Assembly (NCBI GenBank): GCA_963770895.1
Contig: CAVYRF010000002.1
Span: 1,856,001-1,920,000, forward strand
Origin: an uncultured Acidobacteriota bacterium
GTDB lineage: Bacteria; Acidobacteriota; Thermoanaerobaculia; Multivoradales; UBA5704
Direction of reading: 5' to 3'
Length of the DNA: 64,000 nucleotides
Shown one piece after another: positions 19,736-28,925 of the stretch. Within the stretch, counting starts at the first letter, position 1. The number at the start of each line of letters is the position of its first letter. The notes under the pieces are model-generated. The model was not told where the DNA came from. It saw nothing but the letters and a program-made list of their open reading frames with translations, and did no database searches. Both the position numbers and the translations under genes were made by a program.

Positions 19736-19892
19736 TCTGTCCGCATCACCCCTGCCGCAGGCGCTTGGCTCCTACACTCTCGCCGGAGAGGAGCGGCTGA
19801 GATGGAGGTCTGCCTCCATTGATCCCTGAGGGAACGGAAGCTGGCGGCCCAAAACGCCTTGGGCCGATCGGTTTGGGTAGAATGCCTGGCCG

Positions 19893-22800
19893 ATGAGCGG
19901 CTCTCTTCCTCCGGCGCAACGATTCAGCCATCTTGAGCTCTGGCGTAGCGGCGTCGGACTGGTGCCGGCCGAGGGGGCGCGGGGATCGGCCTCCGCCGTG
20001 CATATCGGCGAAGTGCCGGGAAGCCGGTTGCCGCTGCGTTCGTGCACGTGCGCCGACAGCCAGAAGCGGACCTGCGATCACCTGCGCGACCTGGGGCGCG
20101 CCCTGGGCGAGCTCAAGCGGCACCTTGGCGGCGCGGCCTGGCAGGAGATGTTTGCCGCCACCGTCTGGTACCGGCTGGCAAAGATCCTCTTCGCGGAGAG
20201 CGGCATCGGCTGCGCGGCCGTGCTGGTCAGCCGTGTCGAAGTGGACGGACGGGCGGCGATCCGCATCACCGGGGGCGGCGGCGAGGAGCTGGCGAGCTAC
20301 CTTGACGGCTCCGGCGCCCAGGTCCGGTTCCTCGAGCGTGCGGGCAAGATGGCGCCCTCGGACGCGGCCTTCGACCGTGCCCGCCTGCTCGACCGGCTGG
20401 CGCTCTTTCAGCGCACCAAGGCCGAGCGCGAGTTGGCGGAGCGCGGCGCCAAGACGCAAGGTCAGGCGTGGGAGGAGAGCTTCTGGCACCGGCTTGCCTA
20501 CCACTGCGTGCGCGAATTCGAGGACCGCGAGGGGAGCTTCCACCCGGCGATCGACACCGGCTCCGGGCGTTTCACCCTCACTTACCGCTGGCAGGGCGAG
20601 CCGGTCGTGCGAGTGGGCGTGCCGCGCGGTTCCGTCCAGCCGGCGCTGCGGCTGCTGGCCCAAGCGTTCCCGGAGCAGGAGGACCTGGCGATCTCGCCGC
20701 TGCCTCTGCAGTCGATCCTGCACGTCGGCGCCGAGACGCGCTTCGACCTGGACGAAGTCGTGGTGCGGCCGGCGATCCGGGCGATCCAGGCAGCGGGCGG
20801 CGAGCGCTACCTCTTCCAGGCCGAGGTCGACAAGTTCCGCTACGGCAGCCTGGTCTACCTGCGCGAGCTGGGCGTGCTCGCCGAGCTCGAGCGGCCGGGC
20901 AAGGAGCGCAAGTTCCGCGCCCCAGCGCACCTGAAGCTCAGTCGCTGCCAGATCCCGGGCTTCCTGGCCGAGCACCGGGAGGAGGTCGTCCAGGGGCGGG
21001 TGGTGCTCGACGCTCCGTTGCGCAATCGCAGGATCTGGAAGGAGATCGACTGGATCCAGGCGAGCGGCGAAGCGGCGGCGCGGAGCTGGTATTGGCTGGC
21101 GATGGAATACGGCTTCGGCAACCATTCCCTCTCGCTCGCCGACCTCCTGGCCGCACGGCGCGGCGGCCTGCCGTTCCTGGAGACCCCGGACGGCTGGATC
21201 GATCTTCACGCTCCTGCCTTCGACCATCTCGACCGCCTGGTCGAGGTGACGGAGGCGGGGGCCGGCGGTGCCGGCCTGCCCGCGACACCGCCCGATTCCG
21301 ATCGTCTGGCGATCCCGGCCCTGGAGCTGCTGCGTCTGCAGGCGCTCCTGGGCCGGCCGCTGGCGATCGCCGGCGACGCGGCGCGCGGCGCCGCCGCGCC
21401 GCTCGGGACGCTTTTGGGCCAGCGCCCCCGCGATCCGCTCGGGCCGCTCGGCGCCCTGGCGTCGCCCCTGCGGCCCTACCAGCGGCTGGGGGTCGAGTGG
21501 CTGCGCTTTCTTGCCGACAACGGGCTCTCCGGCCTGCTCTGCGACGACATGGGACTGGGCAAGACCCACCAGGTGATGGCGCTGCTGGCGAGCTTGCTGG
21601 AAGACGGGCGCGCCACCGCGCCGTTCCTGGTCGTCTGCCCCACGAGCGTGATCAGCCACTGGCGCAACAAGCTGCGCGAGCACGCGCCGGGACTGCGTGC
21701 GGTGATCCACCACGGCAGCGACCGGAGTGAGGACAGCCTGGCGCTGCTGCGGCCCGGAGACGTCCTGGTGACCTCGTATGGCGTGCTGCGGCGCGAGGCG
21801 GAGGAGCTTTCTCGCGTCGCTTTCACGGTCGCGGTGTTCGACGAGGCGCATCATCTCAAGAACCCCGGCACGCAAGCCTTTCGCGCCGCCGGCGGCCTGC
21901 GCGCCGAGATGCGGCTGGGGCTCACCGGGACGCCGATCGAGAACGCCACCGGCGATCTCAAGGCGCTGTTCGACCTGGTGCTGCCCGGCTATTTCGGCAG
22001 CGACGCCGACTTCACGCGGCGTTACGGCCGCGACGCCCGTCCGGCGCAGGGCGCCGCCGCGCAGCAGGGACTGGGGTTGGCCTGGAGCGACGACCTGCGG
22101 CTTGCCGAGCTGCGCCGCGCCATCTCGCCTTTCGTGTTGCGCCGCCTCAAGTCGACGGTGCTCGCCGAGCTGCCGGACAAGATCGAAGACCTTCGCACCT
22201 GCGCCCTGTCCGACGACCAGGTGAAGCTCTACCGCGACGCGATCGCCGGGCGCGGGGACGCTCTCGCCCGCGAGCTGGTGGCGGCGGCCGGCCCGGTGCC
22301 CTACATCCACGTCTTCGCCCTCCTCAACCTGCTCAAGCGGATCTGCGACCATCCCTGCCTCGCCCTGGGCCGCCTCGACGACGTCGAGCAGTGGCGTTCG
22401 GGCAAGTGGGACCTTTTCCGCGAGATTCTGGACGAGACCCTGGGCAGCGGCCTCAAGGTCGTCGTCTTCAGTCAGTTCCTGGGCATGATCGAGCTCATGC
22501 AACGGCACCTCACCGGCCTGGGAGTCGGCTTCGCCACCCTTACCGGGTCCAGCGGCGGCAGCGTCCGCCGCGGCGAAATCGTCGACCGCTTCAACCGTGA
22601 TCCAGACTGCCGTGTGTTCCTGGGCAGCCTCAAGGCCGGCGGCACCGGCATCGACCTGGTGGGCGGCTCGGTGGTCGTGCACTACGACCGCTGGTGGAAC
22701 GCGGCACGCGAAGACCAGGCGACCGATCGCGTCCATCGCATCGGACAGCAGCGCGCGGTGCAGGTCGTCAAGCTCATCACCGAGGGCACGCTCGAAGAGA

Positions 22801-22934
22801 AGATCGCCGCGATCATCGCCAGCAAGCGCCACGTCCTCGACCAGGTCGTCGCCGAGGACGACCCCGGTCTGGCCAAGCTCTTCACCCGCGACCAGCTTCT
22901 GGACCTGCTGCGCCCCCCCGGCCCCGCCGCCTAG
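19893..22934 (+). CDS. SWIM zinc-finger SNF2/SWI2 family helicase
   Basis: CTC...CDH SWIM; LRPYQ, LCDDMGLGKT, DEAH, LTGTPIEN, VFSQF, SLKAGGTGIDL, WWNAAREDQATDRVHRIGQ. Confidence 0.95.
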   Translation: MSGSLPPAQRFSHLELWRSGVGLVPAEGARGSASAVHIGEVPGSRLPLRSCTCADSQKRTCDHLRDLGRALGELKRHLGGAAWQEMFAATVWYRLAKILFAESGIGCAAVLVSRVEVDGRAAIRITGGGGEELASYLDGSGAQVRFLERAGKMAPSDAAFDRARLLDRLALFQRTKAERELAERGAKTQGQAWEESFWHRLAYHCVREFEDREGSFHPAIDTGSGRFTLTYRWQGEPVVRVGVPRGSVQPALRLLAQAFPEQEDLAISPLPLQSILHVGAETRFDLDEVVVRPAIRAIQAAGGERYLFQAEVDKFRYGSLVYLRELGVLAELERPGKERKFRAPAHLKLSRCQIPGFLAEHREEVVQGRVVLDAPLRNRRIWKEIDWIQASGEAAARSWYWLAMEYGFGNHSLSLADLLAARRGGLPFLETPDGWIDLHAPAFDHLDRLVEVTEAGAGGAGLPATPPDSDRLAIPALELLRLQALLGRPLAIAGDAARGAAAPLGTLLGQRPRDPLGPLGALASPLRPYQRLGVEWLRFLADNGLSGLLCDDMGLGKTHQVMALLASLLEDGRATAPFLVVCPTSVISHWRNKLREHAPGLRAVIHHGSDRSEDSLALLRPGDVLVTSYGVLRREAEELSRVAFTVAVFDEAHHLKNPGTQAFRAAGGLRAEMRLGLTGTPIENATGDLKALFDLVLPGYFGSDADFTRRYGRDARPAQGAAAQQGLGLAWSDDLRLAELRRAISPFVLRRLKSTVLAELPDKIEDLRTCALSDDQVKLYRDAIAGRGDALARELVAAAGPVPYIHVFALLNLLKRICDHPCLALGRLDDVEQWRSGKWDLFREILDETLGSGLKVVVFSQFLGMIELMQRHLTGLGVGFATLTGSSGGSVRRGEIVDRFNRDPDCRVFLGSLKAGGTGIDLVGGSVVVHYDRWWNAAREDQATDRVHRIGQQRAVQVVKLITEGTLEEKIAAIIASKRHVLDQVVAEDDPGLAKLFTRDQLLDLLRPPGPAA

Positions 22935-22980
22935 CCCGGCGCCAGCTGCAGCAGCCGCGGTGCTGCCCGACGCCGCGGGA

Positions 22981-23817
22981 TCAGGGGGTTGCGGGCTCGA
23001 GGTTTTCCTGGCGGAACTCGGGGCTGGCGTGGACGTCGACCTGGCGCAGCGGGGTGTCGCCGGTGTTGACGAAGCGGTGCGGGGTGCGGGCGGGGACGGC
23101 GACGATGTCGCCGGCGGCGATGCTGTGCTGCTGGTCGCCGATGTAGACGGTGCCCGTGCCCTCGAGCACGACGATCACCTCGTCGTATTCGTGCCGGTGC
23201 AGCTTGGGGCCCCGCCCCGGCGGCGCCGTGAGCAGATAGAGCGAGGAGGCGACGCCGTGGCGGGCGCCGGCAAACTGGTGCGACATGCCGACGAAGGGCA
23301 GGTCTGCGATGCGGACGATCGAGGCCGGAGCGCTGGGCGGTTCGCGGTAGGGGTCCTTGCGGCCCGCGGGCGGCGAGCTGAGGGCGATCAGCAGCGCGGC
23401 CGCGGAGGCCGAGTAGACCGAATAGTCCAGAGGCGACTTGAGACCGAAGGAGATCGCCATGGCGGTGGCGAAGACGGCGAGCAGCACGGAAGCGGCGATG
23501 CCGGTCAAGCGGGGCCACAGCCCCAGCACCAGGGCCACGCCGCAGGTGAGCTCGGCCGCGGTGGCCGCCCAGGCAAGGTAGGGGATGCTGGCCGCGGGCA
23601 TGAACGAGTTGACCTGGGCGGTGTAGCGCTCGAAGTCTGGGAAGTAGGCGAGGCCGGGATGCTCCTTCCAGATCCCGAAGCGGCTGGCCACGGCGGACAG
23701 AAACGCCGCAGCCAGGGCGATCCTGGCGTAGACAAGGCCGGCCCGCGGCCAGGAAAAAGGCGCGGCGGCGCGCGCCTGGGGAGCGGCGGATGACGAGGTC
23801 GAGGGATCTGTGCTCAT
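22981..23817 (-). CDS. DoxX-family membrane protein fused to a C-terminal cupin domain
   Basis: GGAGG RBS before MSTDP at 23817; DoxX part (RIALAAAFLSAVASRFG...AELTCGVALVLG...DYSV) then cupin (LHRHEYDE...GDIVAVPARTPHRF). Confidence 0.85.
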   Translation of the reverse strand: MSTDPSTSSSAAPQARAAAPFSWPRAGLVYARIALAAAFLSAVASRFGIWKEHPGLAYFPDFERYTAQVNSFMPAASIPYLAWAATAAELTCGVALVLGLWPRLTGIAASVLLAVFATAMAISFGLKSPLDYSVYSASAAALLIALSSPPAGRKDPYREPPSAPASIVRIADLPFVGMSHQFAGARHGVASSLYLLTAPPGRGPKLHRHEYDEVIVVLEGTGTVYIGDQQHSIAAGDIVAVPARTPHRFVNTGDTPLRQVDVHASPEFRQENLEPATP

Positions 23818-24037
23818 GGTTGTAACCTCCTGGGCCTGGTCGTCGAAGCCCACCGGTGAAGCCTAGTCGAAGGTGGACAACCCAGAAAGATCCATTTATG
23901 GAATTTCTGCTGGTCCACTTGGAGCCCGCTCCAAAGGGCCGCGGCATATTTTTTGCTGCGCGGTTGGGAAGATGCCGTTTCACGCAGACGGTGTCGCCGG
24001 TTGCCAGCGAAAGTTCCCAACGAAAGCGAGGTCCGCG

Positions 24038-24430
24038 ATGAATCGATTCGCCTTGGTGGGTTCGGCGTCTCTGCTCGTGCTGTGTCCACTGGCCATGGGG
24101 GCGGTCACCCTGACCAGTTTGCAAAGCAACAATACCTCCGCCTGCACTGACAGCGGCACGCACCAGAGTTATTGCTATCAGGGTTTTGCCGGCCAGACGG
24201 ATACCGACTTCAGCCCCCCGGTGGTATATGAGCCGGCGCCGGCCAACACCAGTGGCACCAACCTGACCCAGGCCGGCACGGTCAAGAGCGGCACCCACAC
24301 CACCAACCTCTGCACCCTCGATCCCAACATCCCGAGCGGCGCCACCATCTACGTCGAAGCCGAGGGCATGCCCTCCATCTTCAATCACCTGGTCACCAAC
24401 CCGCAGAAGTTCACCGGCACCTGCTCCTGA
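24038..24430 (+). CDS. Small secreted Thr/Cys-rich hypothetical protein
   Basis: GAGG RBS, signal peptide MNRFALVGSASLLVLCPLAMG, strong GC3 codon bias, four Cys in the mature part. Confidence 0.75.
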   Translation: MNRFALVGSASLLVLCPLAMGAVTLTSLQSNNTSACTDSGTHQSYCYQGFAGQTDTDFSPPVVYEPAPANTSGTNLTQAGTVKSGTHTTNLCTLDPNIPSGATIYVEAEGMPSIFNHLVTNPQKFTGTCS

Positions 24431-24476
24431 TCGCGGCCTGTTCGATCTCGCCACGATCTGTGGGCCGCCAATACGG

Positions 24477-27422
24477 CTACGGCCTGTCGGCGGCCGCACG
24501 TCCGAGCACGGCCAGGATGAATGGAGCCCAGTCGCAGCGGTCGGCACGCTCAGGGTGGGCGTCCAGATAGGCGATCAGGCATCGCTGCAAGGCGATTTCG
24601 GGCGGCCGGTCAGGATGCATGCCGCACTCGCGGTGAAAGCCCACCATCACCTCGTACGCGACCTTGTCGAAGACAGGCCACAGGGTTCCCAGGACGCGGC
24701 GGGCACCCGCGGCGAAGAAGGCGCCCTGCAGGCCGAGCACATCGTCGCCCGGCACGTCGCTGAAGCCGCGGGCGGCGCGCGGCCTCTTGGCTGACCAGCA
24801 GGCGCTCAGCACCACGAGCTCCGCCTGCAACCGCCAGGTCGAGATCTCCACGCCGTCGATCGCCGCATCGCGCAGGTAGAGTCGCGACTCCATCGGTGCG
24901 TCCTCGGCGACGTCGGAGCCGTGGGTGGCGAAGTGCAAGCAGCTGAAGCTGGCCAACCCAGGGTCCGCCGCGGTCGCCAGCCAGCGCGCCTTGGTTGCCT
25001 CGGCGCCGCAGAGTGCGGTGCAGGCCACGCCCGCGCCCCGGTAGATGGCGGCAATCTCGTCGACCTCCCGCTCCACCAGCCCAAGAGGCGGCGCCAGCAA
25101 TCGCGATGTCGCCGAGCCGATCGCCAGGATCCGTGGCGCTGGAGCTGGCTCGCGCTCGAGCAGCAGACTGCCCAGGTTCGGCACGTGCGAGGTCGCGAAT
25201 CGCCGCACCAGTCGCGCGCCTCGCCAGGTGAGCGCGGGGAACGGAACCGCATGCAGCATCCGGTGCGGCGAAAGGACGAGACGCTGCTTTTCCTCCAGCC
25301 AGGGGAGATCCGGAAGCAGGACGCCCGAAAGGCGCGCCAGCGCCGCTGCAAGCTGGGGCCCAGCCGCGTCGGTCGTCGCGACACCGCGCTCCACCTCGTC
25401 CCGCTCCGCCGCATCGATGAAGCCCATCCGGCGATCGGCCGTCGCGTGGGCGTGGCGCGGGAAGGTGCAGGCCGCCAGGTCCTGCAGGAGCTGGGGCGAA
25501 AGCGTACGCGCCGCGAGGTGCAGCCGGCTCCGATCGATCGCCGCCACCAGCAATGTCTCGCGATCCAACCAGTAGTAGTAGAGCACCGCTTCGTCGGCCG
25601 CCAGGCGGCGTTGCACGTGCGGCAGGAGGTCGCGAACCGTTGCCGGCACCCCCCGGCCGGCATTGCGCTCCCGATGCGCCCGCTCGATGAACAGGCGCTC
25701 CCAGACCGGCCGGCGCTTGGCGAGCAGCGGTGAAGCCGAGACGCCGGCCGCGATCCGCGCGTCGATCTCGCGCGATAGCACCGCGAACTCGCGCTCGGCC
25801 GTCGCTTCTCCAGACCCATTGCCGAGCGATGTCGGCGCGTAGGTGAGCACCGAGCGACCCTTCGAAAGGTCGGCGAAGGTCAATGCGGACGCGGACTCGC
25901 CTCGTTGGTACGCGGCGCGGGATCCCAGGACATAGAGCGCCAGGGAGGTGCCGAGGTAACCCAGCTGCAGGTAGGGCGGCGTCACCTTGTAACGGTACTT
26001 TTCGACGATCGCCACTCCGCGCTCGCAATCCGCGGCAACCGCAGGCCAATCGGCACGGCGCGCGCGGATCTCGGCGAGTATGCGCAGCAGCTGCACGGCG
26101 TGCTGGTGGGGCTCCACGCGAGTCAGCAGCGCGACTCCCTCTTCCAGGAGCTCGACCGCCTGTTCATCGCGGTCCAGATCCACCAGCAGCTCGGCGTGAC
26201 GCCGGAGCGCCATCGCTACCAGCGGGGGGTGCTCCGACCGCCGCGCTTCCTGCTCGAGCTGCTCGGCGCGCGGCAGCAGCTTCGCCGCGGCCGCGGCGCC
26301 GCCGTTCGCCCTGCGCACCATCAGCAGAGCCAGCCGCAGCCGCGGAGCGCCGGTGTCGATCGGGGCCTGAGCCAGGCTCTTTTCGTACGCCTCGTCATTC
26401 CGCCGCTTCGCGGCGAGGAAGCGTTGCCGCGAATCGTGGTTCTGCCGCTCGAGCTCGCGGTCGGTTTGCAGCAGCAGCTGCTTGAGGGGACCATCCTCCA
26501 ACCCCTGGTCGAAGTCGATCAGCTCCCGCATGCCTCCAGGCCGCAGCAGCGGTGGCAGGTGGGACAGGTCGTCCGCCTCGGCCTCGCGCTCCCGCTCCCA
26601 CCCTTCGCGCAGAATCCGGCTCGCCGTCCCCCAGTCGATGGCCCGGTCGAGCATGTCGTCTGCCTGATCGGCGAAGCGCGACGCCTCGGCGCCGCTCAGG
26701 GGAGGAGCCGCGAACGCCAGCGATGTATAGATCCCGGCGAACAGCGAAAGCGTGGCGTCGACCTGCCTGGCCTCCTGCCAGAGCTTGGCGGCGGTCTGCG
26801 TTGGCGCGCCAGGATGGAGAGGGGCGATGCTGCGAGCGAAGGCCTCGCGGTGCTCCTGCGCGGTAGGCGGTTCGATCCCCAGGGAGGCGAGCTCCGCGAG
26901 CGTCGCTTCCAGCCGCCTGCGGGCTTCGAGACTGTCGCCGACACCGAGATAGAGGTTGGCGGAGCGCGCCAGGACCTCGCAATGGGCGAAGCTGCCTGCC
27001 GGTGTGCTGGCGAGCTCGGCTTCCGCCTGCTCCACGTCTTGGTCGAGGTCCATCGCCGCCAGTCGTTCCAGGCTGTCAAGTTGCTGCCTGCAGCTCTCCA
27101 TCCTGGACGCGCTGTCGAGCTCGGCAAAGAGCGCCGCCGCCTCCCGGTAGGATTCCTTCGCCTCTGCGAAGCGCCCGAACGTCAGCAGGACGAATGCCCG
27201 CCGCTCCACGGTTTCGGCGATGCCGTTGCGCAAGCCCGTCGTCTGGCTGGCGGTCAGCTCTGCGGGCGCCGCCGCCGCCAGGATGTCGCGCGCCTCGCGG
27301 ATCGCCTGATCGAGCAGCGGAAGATCTGCGGCCGTGGCGCGTCCGACCGAAGACGCCATGGCCAAGGCGGAGAACCGCTCGATTGCCGCTTGCAAGCGAT
27401 CGCGTAGCGGAGGTTTGCTCAT
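24477..27422 (-). CDS. TPR-CHAT caspase-like cysteine protease
   Basis: N-terminal TPR-like helices; CHAT motifs LSPHRMLHAVPF, LHFATHG (His), LVVLSACWS (Cys), GTLWPV, WAPFIL. Confidence 0.92.
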   Translation of the reverse strand: MSKPPLRDRLQAAIERFSALAMASSVGRATAADLPLLDQAIREARDILAAAAPAELTASQTTGLRNGIAETVERRAFVLLTFGRFAEAKESYREAAALFAELDSASRMESCRQQLDSLERLAAMDLDQDVEQAEAELASTPAGSFAHCEVLARSANLYLGVGDSLEARRRLEATLAELASLGIEPPTAQEHREAFARSIAPLHPGAPTQTAAKLWQEARQVDATLSLFAGIYTSLAFAAPPLSGAEASRFADQADDMLDRAIDWGTASRILREGWEREREAEADDLSHLPPLLRPGGMRELIDFDQGLEDGPLKQLLLQTDRELERQNHDSRQRFLAAKRRNDEAYEKSLAQAPIDTGAPRLRLALLMVRRANGGAAAAAKLLPRAEQLEQEARRSEHPPLVAMALRRHAELLVDLDRDEQAVELLEEGVALLTRVEPHQHAVQLLRILAEIRARRADWPAVAADCERGVAIVEKYRYKVTPPYLQLGYLGTSLALYVLGSRAAYQRGESASALTFADLSKGRSVLTYAPTSLGNGSGEATAEREFAVLSREIDARIAAGVSASPLLAKRRPVWERLFIERAHRERNAGRGVPATVRDLLPHVQRRLAADEAVLYYYWLDRETLLVAAIDRSRLHLAARTLSPQLLQDLAACTFPRHAHATADRRMGFIDAAERDEVERGVATTDAAGPQLAAALARLSGVLLPDLPWLEEKQRLVLSPHRMLHAVPFPALTWRGARLVRRFATSHVPNLGSLLLEREPAPAPRILAIGSATSRLLAPPLGLVEREVDEIAAIYRGAGVACTALCGAEATKARWLATAADPGLASFSCLHFATHGSDVAEDAPMESRLYLRDAAIDGVEISTWRLQAELVVLSACWSAKRPRAARGFSDVPGDDVLGLQGAFFAAGARRVLGTLWPVFDKVAYEVMVGFHRECGMHPDRPPEIALQRCLIAYLDAHPERADRCDWAPFILAVLGRAAADRP

Positions 27423-27581
27423 GCGGGGAGCTCGCCCTGTCTCAAGGCACTAATGCTTTTCAGAGCCGCGGCAAGGTCCATCTCCGGTATCGACCCGCTG
27501 GTGCGGCGAATGTTTAACGGCCAGCAGTCATCAGACCCGGCCAAGCTGCTAAACTGCGCGCGGCCGAACGGGAACCATCGT

Positions 27582-28925
27582 ATGACAGGCATTCTGGAAA
27601 GCTTTTCGGCGGCGGGCTGGGCGCAGGTTGCGGGCTCGGATCGCACGCTGTACGACCTTTTGGAAAACGAGCACCGGCGCCAGGCCGAAGTGCTGATGAT
27701 GGTTGCTTCCAGCAGCGTTGCCGAAGCGGGCGCGCTGGTCTGCATGGCAAGCACGGCGATCAACGTTACCGCCGAGGGGTACCCAGGGCAGCGCTTCCAG
27801 GCCGGCTGCCAATATATCGATGCGATCGAGCAGCTTGCCGTGGACCGTGCCAAGGCGGCGTTCGGCGCGCGCTATGCCAACGTCCAGCCGCATTCTGCGA
27901 CGGTGGCCAACCAGGTCGTCATGTTCAGCCTGCTCGAGCCCGGCGATGTCATCCTGGGCCTCGACCTCAAGTGCGGCGGCCACCTGTCTCACGGTGCCAA
28001 GGCTTCCGTCTCGGGCAAGTACTTCCACTCCCTGGCCTACGGTCTGGACGGCGAGGGTCACATCGACTACGCCGCGGTTCGGCGGCTGGCCCTGGAGCAC
28101 CGGCCAAAGCTGATCATCTGCGGCACGACCGCCTATGCCAGGACGCTGGATTTCGGCCGCTTCCGCCAGATCGCCGATGAGGCGGGCGCCTATCTGCTGG
28201 CCGACATGACCCACATCGCGGGCCTGGTGGCGACCGGCCTGCATCCGAGCCCGATCGACCAGGCACATTTCACCACCACCTGCATGTACAAGCAGCTGTG
28301 CGGACCCCGCGGCGGGCTGATCCTGATGGGACGCGACTACGACTGTCCAGGTCCGCGCTCTCTGCCGTCCCTGGCCGCTGCCATGGATCGCGGCGTCTTC
28401 CCGCTGGTGCAGGGCGCCATCTCGCCGAGCTCCATCGCGGCCAAGGCGTTTGCGCTGGCTCGCCTGGGCAGCGCGGACTTCCGCGCCCTGGCGGAGCGCA
28501 TCCTGTCGTGCTCCCGCGGCATGGCTCAGGCGCTCACCGCGGCGGGATACTCCCTGGTCGGCGGCGGGTCGGACAACCACATGCTCCTGGTCGACCTTAC
28601 CTCCAGGGGTATCAGCGGCCTGATGGCCGAACGCGCCCTGGAACAGAGCGGCATCATCGTCAACAAGAACCTGGTGCCCGGCGACCATCGCCCGGCGACC
28701 ATCGCCAGCGGCATCCGGCTGGGCATGAACTCCCTGGCGGGAAGGGGCATGGCAGGTTCCGAGATGGCGGAGTGCTCGGACCTGGTCGATCGGGTGCTCG
28801 GCGCGATCACACCGACGGGCGACAAGGCCTATGTCCTGGACGCGGCGGTCCGGGACTCCGTCGCCGAACAGGTCAGGGCGCTGTGCAGGAGGTTCCCGCT
28901 CCCCGGCTACGTTTGCCAGGGCTGA
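27582..28925 (+). CDS. glyA: Serine hydroxymethyltransferase homolog (divergent paralog)
   Basis: EGYPG, ANVQPHS, GGHLSHG, LADMTHIAGLVA, PLP-lysine YKQLCGPRGG, DNHMLLVDL, VNKN, SGIRLG. Start taken at MTGILES. Confidence 0.88.
   Translation: MTGILESFSAAGWAQVAGSDRTLYDLLENEHRRQAEVLMMVASSSVAEAGALVCMASTAINVTAEGYPGQRFQAGCQYIDAIEQLAVDRAKAAFGARYANVQPHSATVANQVVMFSLLEPGDVILGLDLKCGGHLSHGAKASVSGKYFHSLAYGLDGEGHIDYAAVRRLALEHRPKLIICGTTAYARTLDFGRFRQIADEAGAYLLADMTHIAGLVATGLHPSPIDQAHFTTTCMYKQLCGPRGGLILMGRDYDCPGPRSLPSLAAAMDRGVFPLVQGAISPSSIAAKAFALARLGSADFRALAERILSCSRGMAQALTAAGYSLVGGGSDNHMLLVDLTSRGISGLMAERALEQSGIIVNKNLVPGDHRPATIASGIRLGMNSLAGRGMAGSEMAECSDLVDRVLGAITPTGDKAYVLDAAVRDSVAEQVRALCRRFPLPGYVCQG

Noticed and set aside
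10161-22832. Long antisense ORFs 10161..12416, 14624..16912 and 19746..22832
   Set aside because: They mirror the S8, kinase and SNF2 genes, which carry the real catalytic motifs.
19893-22934. SNF2 helicase as part of a defence system such as DISARM or Zorya
   Set aside because: No methylase, nuclease or other partner nearby; the SWIM-SNF2 form is a common stand-alone gene.
28298-28924. N-terminal extension of the permease in the ORF track
   Set aside because: Overlaps SHMT in another frame and is Arg/Pro/Gly-rich noise; the family-like start is ATG 28925.
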